Shown in pieces: positions 1 through 12,614 of a stretch of 64,000 nucleotides of DNA. This DNA comes from Lytechinus pictus. Lineage: Eukaryota. The stretch's first letter is position 1; each line of letters starts with the position of its first letter. The position numbers and the translations under genes were made by a program. The notes under the pieces are model-generated. The model ran no database searches, was not told the DNA's origin, and saw only the letters and a program-made list of their open reading frames with translations. The stretch covers positions 2,978,001 through 3,042,000 of the forward strand of contig NC_087252.1 in assembly GCF_037042905.1 (NCBI RefSeq), in the 5' to 3' direction.

Positions 1-1397
1 ATCAGCTGGCGCTACACGCTCGCATTTTGATCGTATGTCTCAATATTGATTATACAATCCCCTTTTCATGACAATGCAAAGATTTAGGCTCACAATTTGC
101 GCTCGCATTAATTGTTAAAATATATTAACTGATGCATCCTATTTATAATTACAAAAGTGCTTGAAATGTCCAGTTTTCAGGCCATAATATCATCAGACTT
201 CACGCCCTCATTAGGCATTAATGAATAAGATATTAATTTAATAATTGAATTGTCCCTTTTGTTTCATCTCGCGCTTAGCAAGAGGAATAGGAAGACATTC
301 ATCATTTCCATATGTTGACATGTCCTACATGTCCTAAGGATGTACCGGTCCTATGTCAAAACTCAAAGTAATTATAATGAAAAAATCAGCTCTGTGCAAT
401 CCATATCCACTTTACAATTTTCTTACAAAGTGCTTGAAATATAGAGCTGAAATTGACTTTTTTTTCAGACCGGAATATCAAATAGTTTAAGCTCGCGCTT
501 CGCGCTCGCTTTGATTTTCATGATAAAAGATGTATTTAGAATGCCCAGATTCTAGGTCTAAATATGAAACACGCGCGCGCATGTTTATTCAGATATTCAA
601 CTTGTTCTCTATTTAAATCATTATCCAGTTTCAGATCACAATATAAACAATTTTCTGCTCGCACTTTGTGCTTGCATCATTAATATAGGAATTACTCATT
701 CTTTTCCAAATTTACAAAACATGAATAGAGTGTCCCGTATTTAGGCCTAAATCTCGATTTTTTTCGCTCGCGCTTCGCACTCGCATCAATTGTTTAGTTA
801 TATAGCTATCCTGTTCACGATTACAAAAATTGATTAAAATTTTCCATTCTTTATGTAGAAATGTCAAAATTTTTCAGCTCGCGCTTCACGCTCGCATCAA
901 TTGTTTATTATATACCTATTCTGTTTAAGTTACAAAAAGTCCTTAGAATTTCCATTTTTAAGTAAAAATTTCAAAAAAATTCAGCTCGCGCATCGCGCTC
1001 GCATTATTTGATTTTTAAAATATATAACGTCTTCATGACTAACTGCATGCAGTCTTTAACAGGTACCTATTCCACCAGTTCATTTCTGCTCGCGCTTCGC
1101 GTTCGTAGTAATTATTTATTTGCATACACATCTTTTTTAAGAGAACAAACATTTCCCAGAATGTACAAATTATAGGAAAAAATACATAATATTTCCAAAA
1201 AAAATTAGCTCGCGCTTCGCGCTCACATTATATAAATAAGGATTATGATATTATATATTTATGTTGATTTATAAGAATAAAGCTAAGACCACCCCTTCAC
1301 AGAAACCAAAAATCATCTTCGAGCGGCCGATCGGGGAAAATATGGCTGAACAATATTTGGCCCCCCCCCCTATCGGCGAAGGCTGGATCCGCCCCTG
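1..1397 (-). mobile_element. hAT-like non-autonomous element with internal repeats of gctcgcgcttcgcgctcgc (5'-truncated by the window)
   Basis: Terminus ctggatccgcccctg at 1383-1397; the same internal motif occurs in opposite orientation at 44183-45128. Confidence 0.75.
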
Positions 1398-2430
1398 GAA
1401 CACCTAACAGGCAATGCGCGCGCGAAGCGCGCGCGAGCGAAAATTTTATATAGTGACATGAAAGATTCTTTTTATTTCCATGTCTTCCGGCCCCTCATCT
1501 TATTTTTTTAACTCGTCTTCCTCCTCTTTTTTTTTTCCTCTCTTTTCCCTCCTTTTGTGTTAAAAATTGGGCGAAATTAAGGAAAATAAAATTGATATTA
1601 GACCAACTAGTTATGAGACGAAATGGCCATAGACGAACTGGTGATTAGACGAAGTGATGCCTGGACAAAATGTTTATTGGACCATATGGTTGTTAGGCGA
1701 AAGGTTAATGGACAGAATTGCATTAGACTAAATGAATGTAGATCGACCCTGCAGTGGAGGAATTAGCAGCAGACGAATTGGTTTCAACCCGCATACCGCC
1801 CAGGCAAGCAAAACAAATTCACGACGAAATTGGCGACGAAATTCACGACGTCGTGAATATTCGCGATTTGGTCTATATTTGCGATGTCCCTTCAGGGCCA
1901 CCATAATTATGCGGCTGGTTACGCCGTGCATCGCCCTAGCAAATGCTTTTACTGTAACGTGTAAATTTTATTTCTTAGTTCTTTCATTGCGACACCTAGG
2001 CGGGTGGTCTCGGGTAAAGGCATGATTATACGTCGGGCCGCAACGGCTGGGAAATGCACAAGTGTTCAATAAATTATAAGATCGAAAGTGGAAACAAATA
2101 AATAAAAGTTTGGAGGACTAAAAATCACTGCATTTTAATTTTCATTTTATTGAAAGAAAACTACCTGACCCCATGCATGATTTACGAGTAAATATGAATA
2201 AAGTAACTTTGTTTGTGAAATCATGTGCAATTATTTCTAGGCGACATGGTCGATTACAAGTCTCCATCTAATTCACCGTGACCATAATGTTTGGGAGGTT
2301 TCTCAATAGTACCGGATCCACTTACCTATAATAGATAAAAAGCAAACAGTGCAATGGCCATTGGCCACTACTGATGATTCATATCTCGTTTTTGATAAAT
2401 TGGCATGCTGATTTTTTTAATAGTACTTAC

Positions 2431-2580
2431 TATTGCAATGCCGATTTTGGAAGAACCGAAAAGGCCAGTATTTTGGTCCCCTTGCATCAATGTCCCAACT
2501 ACCCAGTTGATGGTTTCATAGTTGAGAAAAACGAACGACTCTTGACCATCATGGATAAGCACTGCCTGGAAAGTATTCCT
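2431..2580 (-). CDS. NIDO protein exon (150 nt, NIDO core)
   Basis: cag acceptor, gtaagt donor; RNTFQAVLIHDGQESFVFLNYETINWVVGTLMQGDQNTGLFGSSKIGIAI. Confidence 0.92.
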
Positions 2581-5107
2581 CTGTTTTTGAATAACGGGAT
2601 AAAAAATACAAAAAATTAAATATATATTAATCGATAACCACATTTTAAATTTATTACAGTACTATTTGGTGTAATAATATGTTTTATTCAATCACGTGAA
2701 ATGATAAAATAACGAGCAAGTGTTTTCGGTATGCAGTTACAGAAATCATGAATATTCTTACTGATAGTTCGAGTTATTGAATCATTGAACGGGAAATGCA
2801 TAAAAAGAAAACGTTATAAGGATTTCCCTATTCCATAAGTCACTGACATGTTATACTGATTAAGTATTATTACAAGTGTATAATTAATTTCACAAACTAT
2901 TCCTATATAAATTTATGAGCATGATGGTTGATTTTTGGCAATTCAGCGCAATCGAGGATATGTACAATACGCGACAAGCACCAGGGTGTTTCTTTTTTCA
3001 AGAATTGTTTCTTTCCTAAAAGGAAACTTACAGGGTCTTGGTCACCAGCTTGGTCGTAAAATGAGACTTGGTCCCATGTGACGACAATAACTACTTGAGC
3101 TTGAAAGTTGACATTGCTCCGGAAGTAATTACGGACGTCTGTCGTAGCTTGATCGAGGGTTGACGTAGTGGTTGAAACGCGATAATATATGTTTCCACCG
3201 TCACTAGATATGTCAACGTCTGCCCAAAATGGAAATATTCCGTCAGGGTCCTCGACAACACCGTCCTCGTCCTTTTTTACAAGGGATAAAGACACACACG
3301 CACACACATTTACTATTTTCTGTGAAACGTGGTATATATCATTGAATTGATTTAATATTTTTATTTATTTATTTATTCCATTTATTCGATTTAAAACATA
3401 AATACATGGTACAAAGCTCAAAGGACAAAAATGAACATGTTAAAAAATATATATCCCAAAGTTGATAAAATATGATAAAGCAAATAGGCGGCAACAAAAG
3501 ATATGGTCCTTAGAGGTAGCCGTTATGACAAGGTATTTATCAAAATGAACATGTTTACCAAAAAATATATACAGAAGATTACAAAATATGATAAAAGGAA
3601 ATAGGTGGCAACAAAATATAATTCTAAGAGGTATTCAATTCTGGTTTAAACTCTTTGTGATAACCTACACTTGATTTGCTTTAACATATCTATAAAGTAA
3701 AGTTTGCAACACGTCCACGAAATCTTAGAGTGAATTTCTTGTTCCTGCTGGTTTTGGTTCGGTTGAACGCGGATACGAACCAGGAGCCTCAATAGCGCAA
3801 CTTAAGTCATCAACTACTCGAATAGGACCATATACACTGATGTAGGCTCGTAATGCATAATACAACATTCCGAGTGGTGTAGTCTTGTAAAAGACCAAAT
3901 TAATGATAATTACTCTTTGTTAATCTATAAAAATTAAATTAAACAGTTTATTTTCTGTGATGCCTCACAGGGTATAGTTCAAGACTAGTCATTTATAACA
4001 CGAAGTCTACAATATACTTCTCAGTGATTCTTTTTCTTTAGATTGCTACTCTTCAAGATTTCATTTCATTCTGGGATATTTTCTAAAATGGAAAGCATAT
4101 TTAGTTTATAATGAAGGATAAACTTACTGCATCGTAGTAAATTGGTAAATTCCTATTTTTAGGTACGGTAGACTCCACGTAAATTGCATCCTCAAACGAG
4201 ATTACCCCATTGTCCCCTATCTATTGAAGAGCAATGCCACAACAATACAAACGTGCAAAAAAGAAGATTAGTTAGGAAATATTTAAGAATCAATATTATC
4301 ATTATTATTATTATTTTTTTTTGGGGGGGGGGGGTGGGTCGATGAATGGAAGCATACAAAGAAACTAAGTTTCGAAAGGCTTTCAGAAAAAATACATACA
4401 CATGCAAACAATGGAAAATACAATATGTCAGAACAATAGAAAACTATGCAATATAAACTTGATAACTTTCTGCAATAATACCTCTTAAAATTAATAATTT
4501 ATGAGTATAATTATCGTTGTCTGCGTTCTGCTATACCCCCATTTAGTATTCGGTACATAACCATAATATTTACATTTTGAAATCAGTGATCGTTGAATCT
4601 TGAATGAAGCCCAATATTAATGCTAAAAATAAATAATTGGAAAAAATACTGTTTTTCCTCTTAAAAGGAGTAAATCGATCAAGATGCCTTAATTGCGGGT
4701 ATTTACGTTTTGGAGAAAAATTAATAATAATAATAAATACAATATCAACTTTCTTCAAAATTTGTAAATAAGTACGACAAAAATAATAACATTTATAGGG
4801 AGCTTTGTGATGGTGTTTTAAAGCGCACAGATAAATGGCTGACAAATAAACAATTAATCCATTAATAAAAAAAAAATCAAGAATAAAAAGGGTGCACAAA
4901 GATTTTGAATAAACAACATCATTGTATCGTGTTCTTTCTGCTCACTTGAACTTTACTGATACTTTGCGACCCGAATAAGCTTACTTACGTATAATACATT
5001 ATGGTATTTCCCACCAAAAGGGAAAGCTCTATCTAATGTCACGCGTTCGGCAAAATCGTTTTCTTTTCTGAGAGCGGTGTCGCCATTTCCTGTTCCAAAT
5101 GGGTATA
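2431..5107 (-). CDS. NIDO-domain extracellular protein (SNED1/nidogen/alpha-tectorin-like), partial; exons 5107-4989, 4220-4128, 3271-3032, 2580-2431
   Basis: Spliced translation: YPFGTGNGDTALRKENDFAERVTLDRAFPFGGKYHNVLY|IGDNGVISF...|...IFPFWADVD...IYYRV...VIVVTWDQV...|RNTFQAVLIHDGQESFVFLNYETINW. This matches the YPFG, FPF, NGVISF, PFWADVD, TW and NTFQAVL motifs of NIDO proteins. All junctions are GT-AG and in frame. The signal-peptide exon and downstream exons were not located. Confidence 0.9.
3032..3271 (-). CDS. NIDO protein exon (240 nt)
   Basis: aag acceptor, gtaagt donor; DEDGVVEDPDGIFPFWADVD...VVTWDQVSFYDQAGDQDP. Confidence 0.9.
4128..4220 (-). CDS. NIDO protein exon (93 nt)
   Basis: tag acceptor, gtaagt donor; IGDNGVISFEDAIYVESTVPKNRNLPIYYDA. 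Confidence 0.85.
4989..5107 (-). CDS. NIDO protein exon (119 nt, phase 1 start)
   Basis: tag acceptor, gtaagt donor; YPFGTGNGDTALRKENDFAERVTLDRAFPFGGKYHNVLY. Confidence 0.88.
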
Positions 5108-7673
5108 CTAATATGGAAGAAAAAATTATGATAATTGTAAATAAAATATTTCAGTTGTCAACATGTTAAGGGTTAGAAGGGAAATAGGAAATTTGAAATT
5201 GGTGATTAAACTTTTTGACATACAAAATGCATTGTTTTGATGTGTTGAATATCGTGAATTTCACTGATGTTCAGATTTAAGCACCAATAAAAGAATGAGA
5301 AAACAGAGAAAATGAAGGTTAAAGAGTGAAACATTGTATTATTTTCTAATTATGCCAAAATCTATTCCAAGATAATATGCTTACATGCATGAAAATGGTC
5401 AAAATCTTTGATCGCTCGCTTCGCTCGCTATCATCTTTTTAACACCTTTTGGTCCATCCGCCAAATCAGGTGGGTGTTTCATAAAGCTGTTCGTAAAGTT
5501 CCGCACTATTTTACGAAAGACTGAAACAAGTTCTTAGGTCAGCTATATAGCGACATACCAGTCAGCACAAGAAAGGGTAACCAGTACATCTATTTGTAAC
5601 TTCAGAACAGCTTTATGAAATACTGACTCAGCCCTTAGAGTTTTTGACTCATTATTTGCACTGCATAATAATATATGAGTCAATTCCAAGACGGCTGCAT
5701 TCAAAAGCAGTAATATAACAACACATATTCTCAGTCAAATCAAGGTCAAAGAGAATTCGTCTCGGGAGTCCATTAAGATTGCAGTCTTACGAAATTGTAG
5801 GAGCCCTTGAAATGTTCTTCTGCACTTAATTTCTGTGCAAAAACTCTCAAATGAATTTAAGGGGGATCGACCCCCTCCCCCTATCGAGCACGATAAGATG
5901 AACTAAATTTGATTGTAAATTTCTTGTTGCAGTTGATTCGCCTACACACTACACACTAAGAAATCCCGGTGCAAATGGAGTGTACGATATTTGCGTATAC
6001 ACCTCGTGATACCATCAAGGTGCTCGCGGGATCTTGCTAGCGTGCCCGGTCCGATCCCCAAGTTAGCTCTTATGCGAGAGTTCGTGTCTGTTAGTCTGCT
6101 GTACGCCCATGTACCACCACCAGTCTCACTGATAGACGTACATGTATGGTATAGATAGAGTTGGTTTTGTGATCGAAGATTACCCGAAATAACAATGCGC
6201 TAATGCCACACTTAAGTGAAATAATTGTTAAAATATATATTCTACAGTATGCACCCTAAGGGGTAGACGTGTACGCCCTCTTAGGTGTAGTACGTGTGCA
6301 CAGCTAGGGGTACTCGTATAGGGACAAGCCTGTGCACCCCTAGGGGTGTAAAATTGAACCCATATTATTAAGCGTATACGACATCAATGTCTAATATCTT
6401 TACAAAAATGGTGTAAACGAACAATCAATTCTAATATTTAATGGAGTTTAGAGCGCAGTGCGAAATCGAACTGAAGAAAACAGTGGTTATGTAATCACTT
6501 GTATTTATTTAATGGCCCTATTCTCGAACCAACTATAAGCGATACAGAATGATCGGGGTTTTTATTACCCTGTAGTAATTATACATTTTTCTGCAAGTTC
6601 AAAGAACATTCCATTTTGTTGAATATCCTTTTTTTCTAATTACTTTTTGTGTTCCTGTATTTGTTTCTTTTGAAGAGCATGCGAGTTCGCAATACAAAGC
6701 TCCGACAATCTATTAAATTCGATGTGTTATCACTTTCATTCACATGATAATAAATGATAAGACGAGTTTCACATTTTGTTAAATAATTGCATGTATTTCA
6801 TAATTTGGGCAGACCAGAGAGCTAATTCATTTTAAGAGACTTTACTGAATTGCATGTTTAGTTATTATTGCGGGAACTATGCCCCAGTTTAATACCTACT
6901 GTGTAAGAGGAAAGCATGGAAGAGGCAACAAAATTTCAAAATTACGATACTATTATGTTTTATTTGCTATTTTGGTCATCTTGCGAATTCACTTTGTGTG
7001 CTGTTGTTAAAACTTCAACAGCGACATAATTATTATGATAAATATGATGAGAAAGTACCTAAATTGAAACCGTTATATGATACAATTCCTAAAGTACATG
7101 TATATTGCTTCTCATAACTTCCTGGCCAACGTAGGTACACGCAATTTATTACCATTCTTGGCGATAAAAATGTAAAGAAATGCCCAATGTTGGTCGGACA
7201 CATAATTACCCTCATGGACTATTATTTCCCAATGTTTTGTAGAGTGGAGTTGTTATTCATTCCCCTTAAGTTATACCCTCTACAAATTTGGACACCCCCA
7301 ATTGTTCAATATTCCTTATCTTGATGCACTTACCTTCGATACAAAATTTCAAATGTAATCTTGTGTATTTTTTTTAGAAGGCCAGTTTTTATAAGTAAAT
7401 ATGGTAAATGTGACCTGCAAACTTCAACCCATCTTTAATGTCGCCATCAGGAAATGTTCTCTGAAATTCAACTTGAGGTTATACAGTCAAAATGATAAAT
7501 AATTAGATAGCACATCTGGGAAAAAGGTAATCCTATTTTCTCCATGACATTAATTAAAATTTGTTGAGTTAAACAAAATACAACAACAACAAAATGAGAT
7601 AGCTTTTCTTGGATACCGCTTTTTTTTCCTGGACTGCCTGGAGTTTAACCCAGATTGCGTAATATTCTCGGGA

Positions 7674-7939
7674 CAGTGGCGTAATGAGCAAAAACTTGAG
7701 GGGGCCAGATATGGCTTATCGGACAATTTTTTTTTAAAACGGGCGAGCGAAAATTCAGACCTTTTTATTAGGCCTACACAAATCCGATTATGTGACATAT
7801 CTTTACATAATATTAATAAAATATTTTACCCTTCTCTCAGTCCTTATTCTTTAATTTTCTCTTTTTAATTGGTTTTGATTTCTTTTATTGGGGGGGGGGG
7901 GGGGCAAGTGCCCTAAGCCCCCATATGTATACGCCACTG
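7674..7939. mobile_element. hAT-like MITE (CAGTGGCGTA...TACGCCACTG)
   Basis: 10-bp TIRs, degenerate TSD; a related copy lies in opposite orientation at ~28566-28784. Confidence 0.75.
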
Positions 7940-8327
7940 TCAAGGGCCATGCATGTCTGATCACTTAATTTCAAACCCGCTTTCTCCAACCTCTTTGAAA
8001 CTCTCACTGAAATTCTTGTACACTAAATTAAGTTCTGTCTTGTCGGGCTATTGTTGATCGATTTTGGCAAGCTTCATCTCAACTTAGACTTAGGATCTAC
8101 CTATTCAGACTTGATACAAATTTCATAATCATTTTGGCCGACTTATTGTGGGTGTTGACTTGAGGAGCAGGGTCACCTACAGTAACTTTCTTTCTCAGAC
8201 AACTTATTTGTGGTAAAATAGAGATCATAGGATATGAGAATGTTGAAATTTTAGTCGAATTGTAATAAAGACTACTTGATCAAACTATTGTAGTATGGGT
8301 AAGGGGCATGGAACAATGTTATTGATA

Positions 8328-8481
8328 CCAGGGGAGCGTTTCATGAAAGGACTTGATCCAATAAGTCCCGTTTTATCCGACAGTTACCATAGTAACAGTG
8401 CTTTTAAGCCAATCAGAATCAAGGAAAGTTGTCAGATCTGACAACTTGTCGGATGAACATGTTGATGAAAGGCTCCCCTGG
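8328..8481. mobile_element. MITE
   Basis: TIR ccaggggagcgtttcat / atgaaaggctcccctgg. Confidence 0.75.
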
Positions 8482-9076
8482 ACTAGAGTTGGAGTCATTA
8501 AAGATGGGCATGCAGTGCAGATTTATTCGTAAAAAACTGCACCTGCAGATGAAGGACCGCAAGAAACCATTGCCACCTTATGATGTTGGTAATGGCAAAT
8601 AAATCCATGCATTAAAGAGAGTGTATATGTGTAAAATTTTGTGGCATTCCCACCGTGAGTTCTGACGAATTTTGTATTTTTTATCCAAGATGAACGGACT
8701 GTATCGGTGATACCGAGTGATAAGGCTCAGATGTCCCCGGACCTACAAGCACAGCGTTATAAACCACAATGTTTAATTTATTTTTAACGTGCAAGTCATG
8801 CAAATGGGATGAATATTATGTCTCTTGTGTGTTCATGTATGCTAGGTAATGAACCAGAATTGGCGAAAACATCTTCAAGATATATACATATAAAGTCTAA
8901 TAAAATAAACGGTGAACGTTTCCTAATTTAGTACTTATACGAGAGATCCAGATCATGGCTTAGACTCACTTTCATTTCATTCCAGGGGACAAAGTAATTA
9001 AATGACAAAAGCTCCCCCTCTCCAGTAGACTTCTTCTTTAAATCCATCATGTCCATGGTATTAGTAAACCATCCAT

Positions 9077-9387
9077 CACTAGCGTACCTACGGGGGGCCG
9101 GCGCCCCCCCCCTGACGAGCCACAACCCATGCAAAGGACGTATCCCTGCCCCCCCCTGACGAGCTTGAAAAACTTGTATTTTTTTGCTTGTCATTTTGTT
9201 TTTCTGGTACGAAATCCTTTATTTGTGATTGAATATCTTTTTTTGTTGCTTGTCAATTTTTTTCTGGTACGAAATCCTTTATTTGTGATTGAAAACCTTT
9301 TTTTTTTTTTTTTTTTTTTTTGCTTGTCAAATTTTTTGGCGGACGGTTTTGCCCCCCCCCCTGTGGAAAATCCTAGGTACGCCACTG
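9077..9387. mobile_element. hAT-like MITE with 8-bp TSD CCATCCAT
   Basis: cactagcgtacct...aggtacgccactg, flanked on both sides by ccatccat. Confidence 0.9.
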
Positions 9388-9949
9388 CCATCCATGGATA
9401 GTATAATATCACGTTTTGTATATATTTTTAAAATTATTTAGAATTATTTTATTCTTGGAACACTAGCTGGTACTGGTCTTAACATCGTGGATATTTAGGC
9501 CTGTAGTGCATTGTGGGTAACTGTGTTATCTTATTAACCGCCATAGTTCTGGCTGCTGACCCATCCTAATAAACAGTACGTATGTCAATTACCCGGCAGG
9601 TAAAACATGCACAATGCGGATCGCTCCAAAAGCGGTCCCTTTCGATATAAAATTTCATTTCATGATCTATACAATAAAGTTTCCTTTTTAACATGTTCTT
9701 CCATTCATAATGCAAACGATATGTTTCTTAATAGCTGTAACAACCTTGCTTAAAGTGCTTAATACAGGTGTTTTTAGATTATCATGACGAGTGGCTAATG
9801 ATTCACTCACATCATGGTCACAACACCGAGACCGACTCGAGACAGATAAAAATATTACTGTTTGTTAACAAGTGCACACATAGTTACCAATAATGCGTGT
9901 AGCATTTGCAATTATTTGAATGTAGGATAAAAAGCAGGATTTATGAAAT

Positions 9950-10055
9950 TTCTTCACGGGGATCGAACCCCGTCATGCGCATAGACTACTCGGTCACGAC
10001 ACCTCCGTTACGTTAATAATTAACGTAACGGAGGTGTCGTGGACGAGTGGTCTAT
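9950..10055. mobile_element. tRNA-derived SINE 5' ends arranged head-to-head
   Basis: ggaggtgtcgtggacgagtggtcta (A box) in both orientations; B box gatcgaaccc on the left copy; same family at 16920-16989 and 60565-60663. Confidence 0.7.
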
Positions 10056-11963
10056 CATAGTGAAATAAATAAATAAATAAATATTTATTATCTATTTATT
10101 CATTTATTTCACATCTTTATACAGGGTAACCAATTCAGCTATTCACGATAACAACATTCACAAAGATAAAAAGCTGCTTTGCAATTTGGCCCTGTTAATT
10201 AAAAAGCATACAAATTATAATGGTAAATATTATGTACATAATATGCAAAATAGACAAGAAATGACACGGTCGACTTGGAGTCGTTTTCGTTGGTGGGACT
10301 CTACATTCTAGATATTCAAATCTAAGTTCATTTGAGTCATTCCAATCATTGCCATGACATTTAAAACGGGTAAGGTATTCAGTGATCTCTTGTCATACAT
10401 TAAGCAATGATCACGCGTTTTTATTTTACTTTGGTAAAAATTACACAACACTTTTTTGTCAGTTTATAGCTTCTTAGGTAACGTATAATGTAGGCAGTGC
10501 ATAAAAAGTAGCCTACTCGAATATTCAAACATCAGATATACAACGATATAGTTCTACTTACATTCCGAGTTAGCAATCCAAGCTAAGCATAATATTAAGA
10601 GAAGGCGGGTACAAAATGAGTTCTTTCTCCTTACACCAATCATGATGGTCATTTAAGATTTTAGAACAGATCCTCAAAAGAGTGAGGCATGGATTTCAAG
10701 TAAAATCATCAAAATATTCCAATACGTCGTATCAATTCATTATGATAACGGTTTCCCGTGTAATGAAAGACCAGATTCCCAAATGACTAGTTCGTGGAGG
10801 AGAATTCGATGGCGCCTTCCAAAAGTAGGCCTATATGTTTCCCCGTTGGTAATATGCAGACGATGGGAGATGATTGAAGCAGAACCGATCATAAAGAATG
10901 TGTTGAGAGGGGCAGGCAAAAATGGCGGCAAACATACGCGGAGGTTAGAGGGCAAATAAGCGGACTTTGGTAAATGGGCAAACAATTATCAATTTTTATG
11001 ATGATAAGTGTAGGTTGGAGTTGGCATATCATGTCTGTTGGTGGTTTATTCGAAAGATCGGTGCCTGTGAGCATGTAGGCCCAGTATTTCAAGAGATGCG
11101 TTCAACTTGGACCGTACCATGTTGGCAACGGTGATGCGTTTGTTTACAAGGGCGTGATGAGTTAATGAGTAACGCATGACTATGGAATGCCGATTGGGGT
11201 TTTTTAATGAGTCTGATCATGGTAGTTTCAGTTTACTTCTCAAAGATCTGACTCATCGGGAACAAAATTTGGGGCATGTCTAGAGACTTGTTGAGGTAAA
11301 CATACAATCACTTTCCGGTCCAATTTAATTTTGAAATTAGAAAATCGGACATTGAATTCTCTTTTTTTTAATCACCTCTTTACTGATCAATCATAAAAAA
11401 AATCAAATAAACAAAGGTAAAAAATATAAAACCCAGGCTATCGGTTCTTACCGAACACGATGCAGGGTGACAATAACAAATTATACAATATATATGTGAT
11501 TATAAACATGAATATGCAAAAATGAACAAATATATTAGGATAAACATGCAAATAACAATGACATGAAGGAAGTGCGTACTTGGAAATGAATGATATATGC
11601 CTAATAATAATGATTTGTCCTATACATCTGCATGCACAGAATAAAGGATTCTCTACTTCTAATATTTTTTTTTGTGGAAGTGGGTTTGGATGTCATATAA
11701 TGGAGCCAACATATAGTTATCGAGACTGCGTAAAGCATTTCCATTTATTTGAATGTAGGATAAACAATCACTGTCGATTAAATCCAAAATTTATTTTTAA
11801 GTAAAAGTTGGATACGATATATGCATAAGATGGTCAAATTTTCCCTCTCACTCTACCACCACACGTATGGTGACATTTAGGACAGTAGATGCAAAATATT
11901 TTTGTTTTTGTATTTTTTTTCTCCAATAAAGTAAGGCATGAATTCCTAACGTTTCCCTATATA

Positions 11964-11967
<4 letters not shown>

Positions 11968-12029
<62 letters not shown>
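11968..12029. repeat. (TA)n microsatellite
   Basis: Uninterrupted TA run; another interrupted run lies at ~13437-13500. Confidence 0.95.
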
Positions 12030-12032
<3 letters not shown>

Positions 12033-12129
12033 GTGAGGGTGTGTATGTGTGGGTGTGTGTGCGTGTGTTTGAAGTTATACATGTACAAAATATTTGGCAA
12101 CTCTTTTATTTAAATATTTTGTGAAAGAA

Positions 12130-12582
12130 ATGGATGAAGAGAACAATGGTAGGCGTAGCTTAAATCAAGGTTCCCCAGAACTATCTGCCCTTTGGAAAAA
12201 TTGGTTGATGCTTTGATGCTATTGTACATGTATAATTTCACACATTTACTTTCTCCTATACGTGTACTGTATCAAAGCAATAGCTTTGACCAAGCTGAGG
12301 CATGGCGGCTTGTCATTTATAATTGTTCAAAACCCACCTACACCCGACAAAGGAAATTATAATTGGTATAGTGTCGAAAATATGACGGTCAATCGGATCG
12401 GGGTCGCCCTAGCCACTAACCCGTCTCTGTGGTCTAGTGGTTAAGGCACCGGCGTTCAAAGCTGGGGGCCCGGGTTCGATACCCGGCAGATACATTTTTC
12501 GGCATGACCAATTTTTCCAAAGGGCAGATAGCTCTGGGGAACCTTGATTTAAGCTAAGCCTACCATTGTTCTCTTTATCTAT
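12130..12582. mobile_element. Non-autonomous TIR element with ~80-bp inverted repeats carrying a tRNA-like gene
   Basis: 12130-12211 is the near-perfect reverse complement of 12502-12582 (aagagaacaatggtaggc...ggaaaaattggt); adjacent to TA repeats. Confidence 0.85.
12423..12494 (+). tRNA. tRNA-like gene (tRNA-Glu-derived body) with TCA in the anticodon position; possibly a pseudogene or SINE head
   Basis: Acceptor GTCTCTG/CAGATAC (6 of 7 pairs); D arm GTCT-AGTGGTTA-AGGC; anticodon arm CCGGC-GTTCAAA-GCTGG; 4-nt variable loop; T arm CCGGG-TTCGATA-CCCGG; TTTTT immediately downstream. Confidence 0.65.
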
Positions 12583-12614
12583 ATATATGTATATATATAA
12601 TATATATATATATG

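Noticed and set aside
7333..7414. Candidate upstream (signal peptide) exon of the NIDO gene
   Set aside because: It has AG/GT boundaries, but I could not read a hydrophobic leader in a phase compatible with the phase-1 start at 5107; the first exon remains unlocated.
12423..12494. Selenocysteine tRNA
   Set aside because: The anticodon is TCA, but the variable loop is 4 nt and the stems are standard 7/5; tRNA-Sec needs a long variable arm and an extended acceptor/T geometry.
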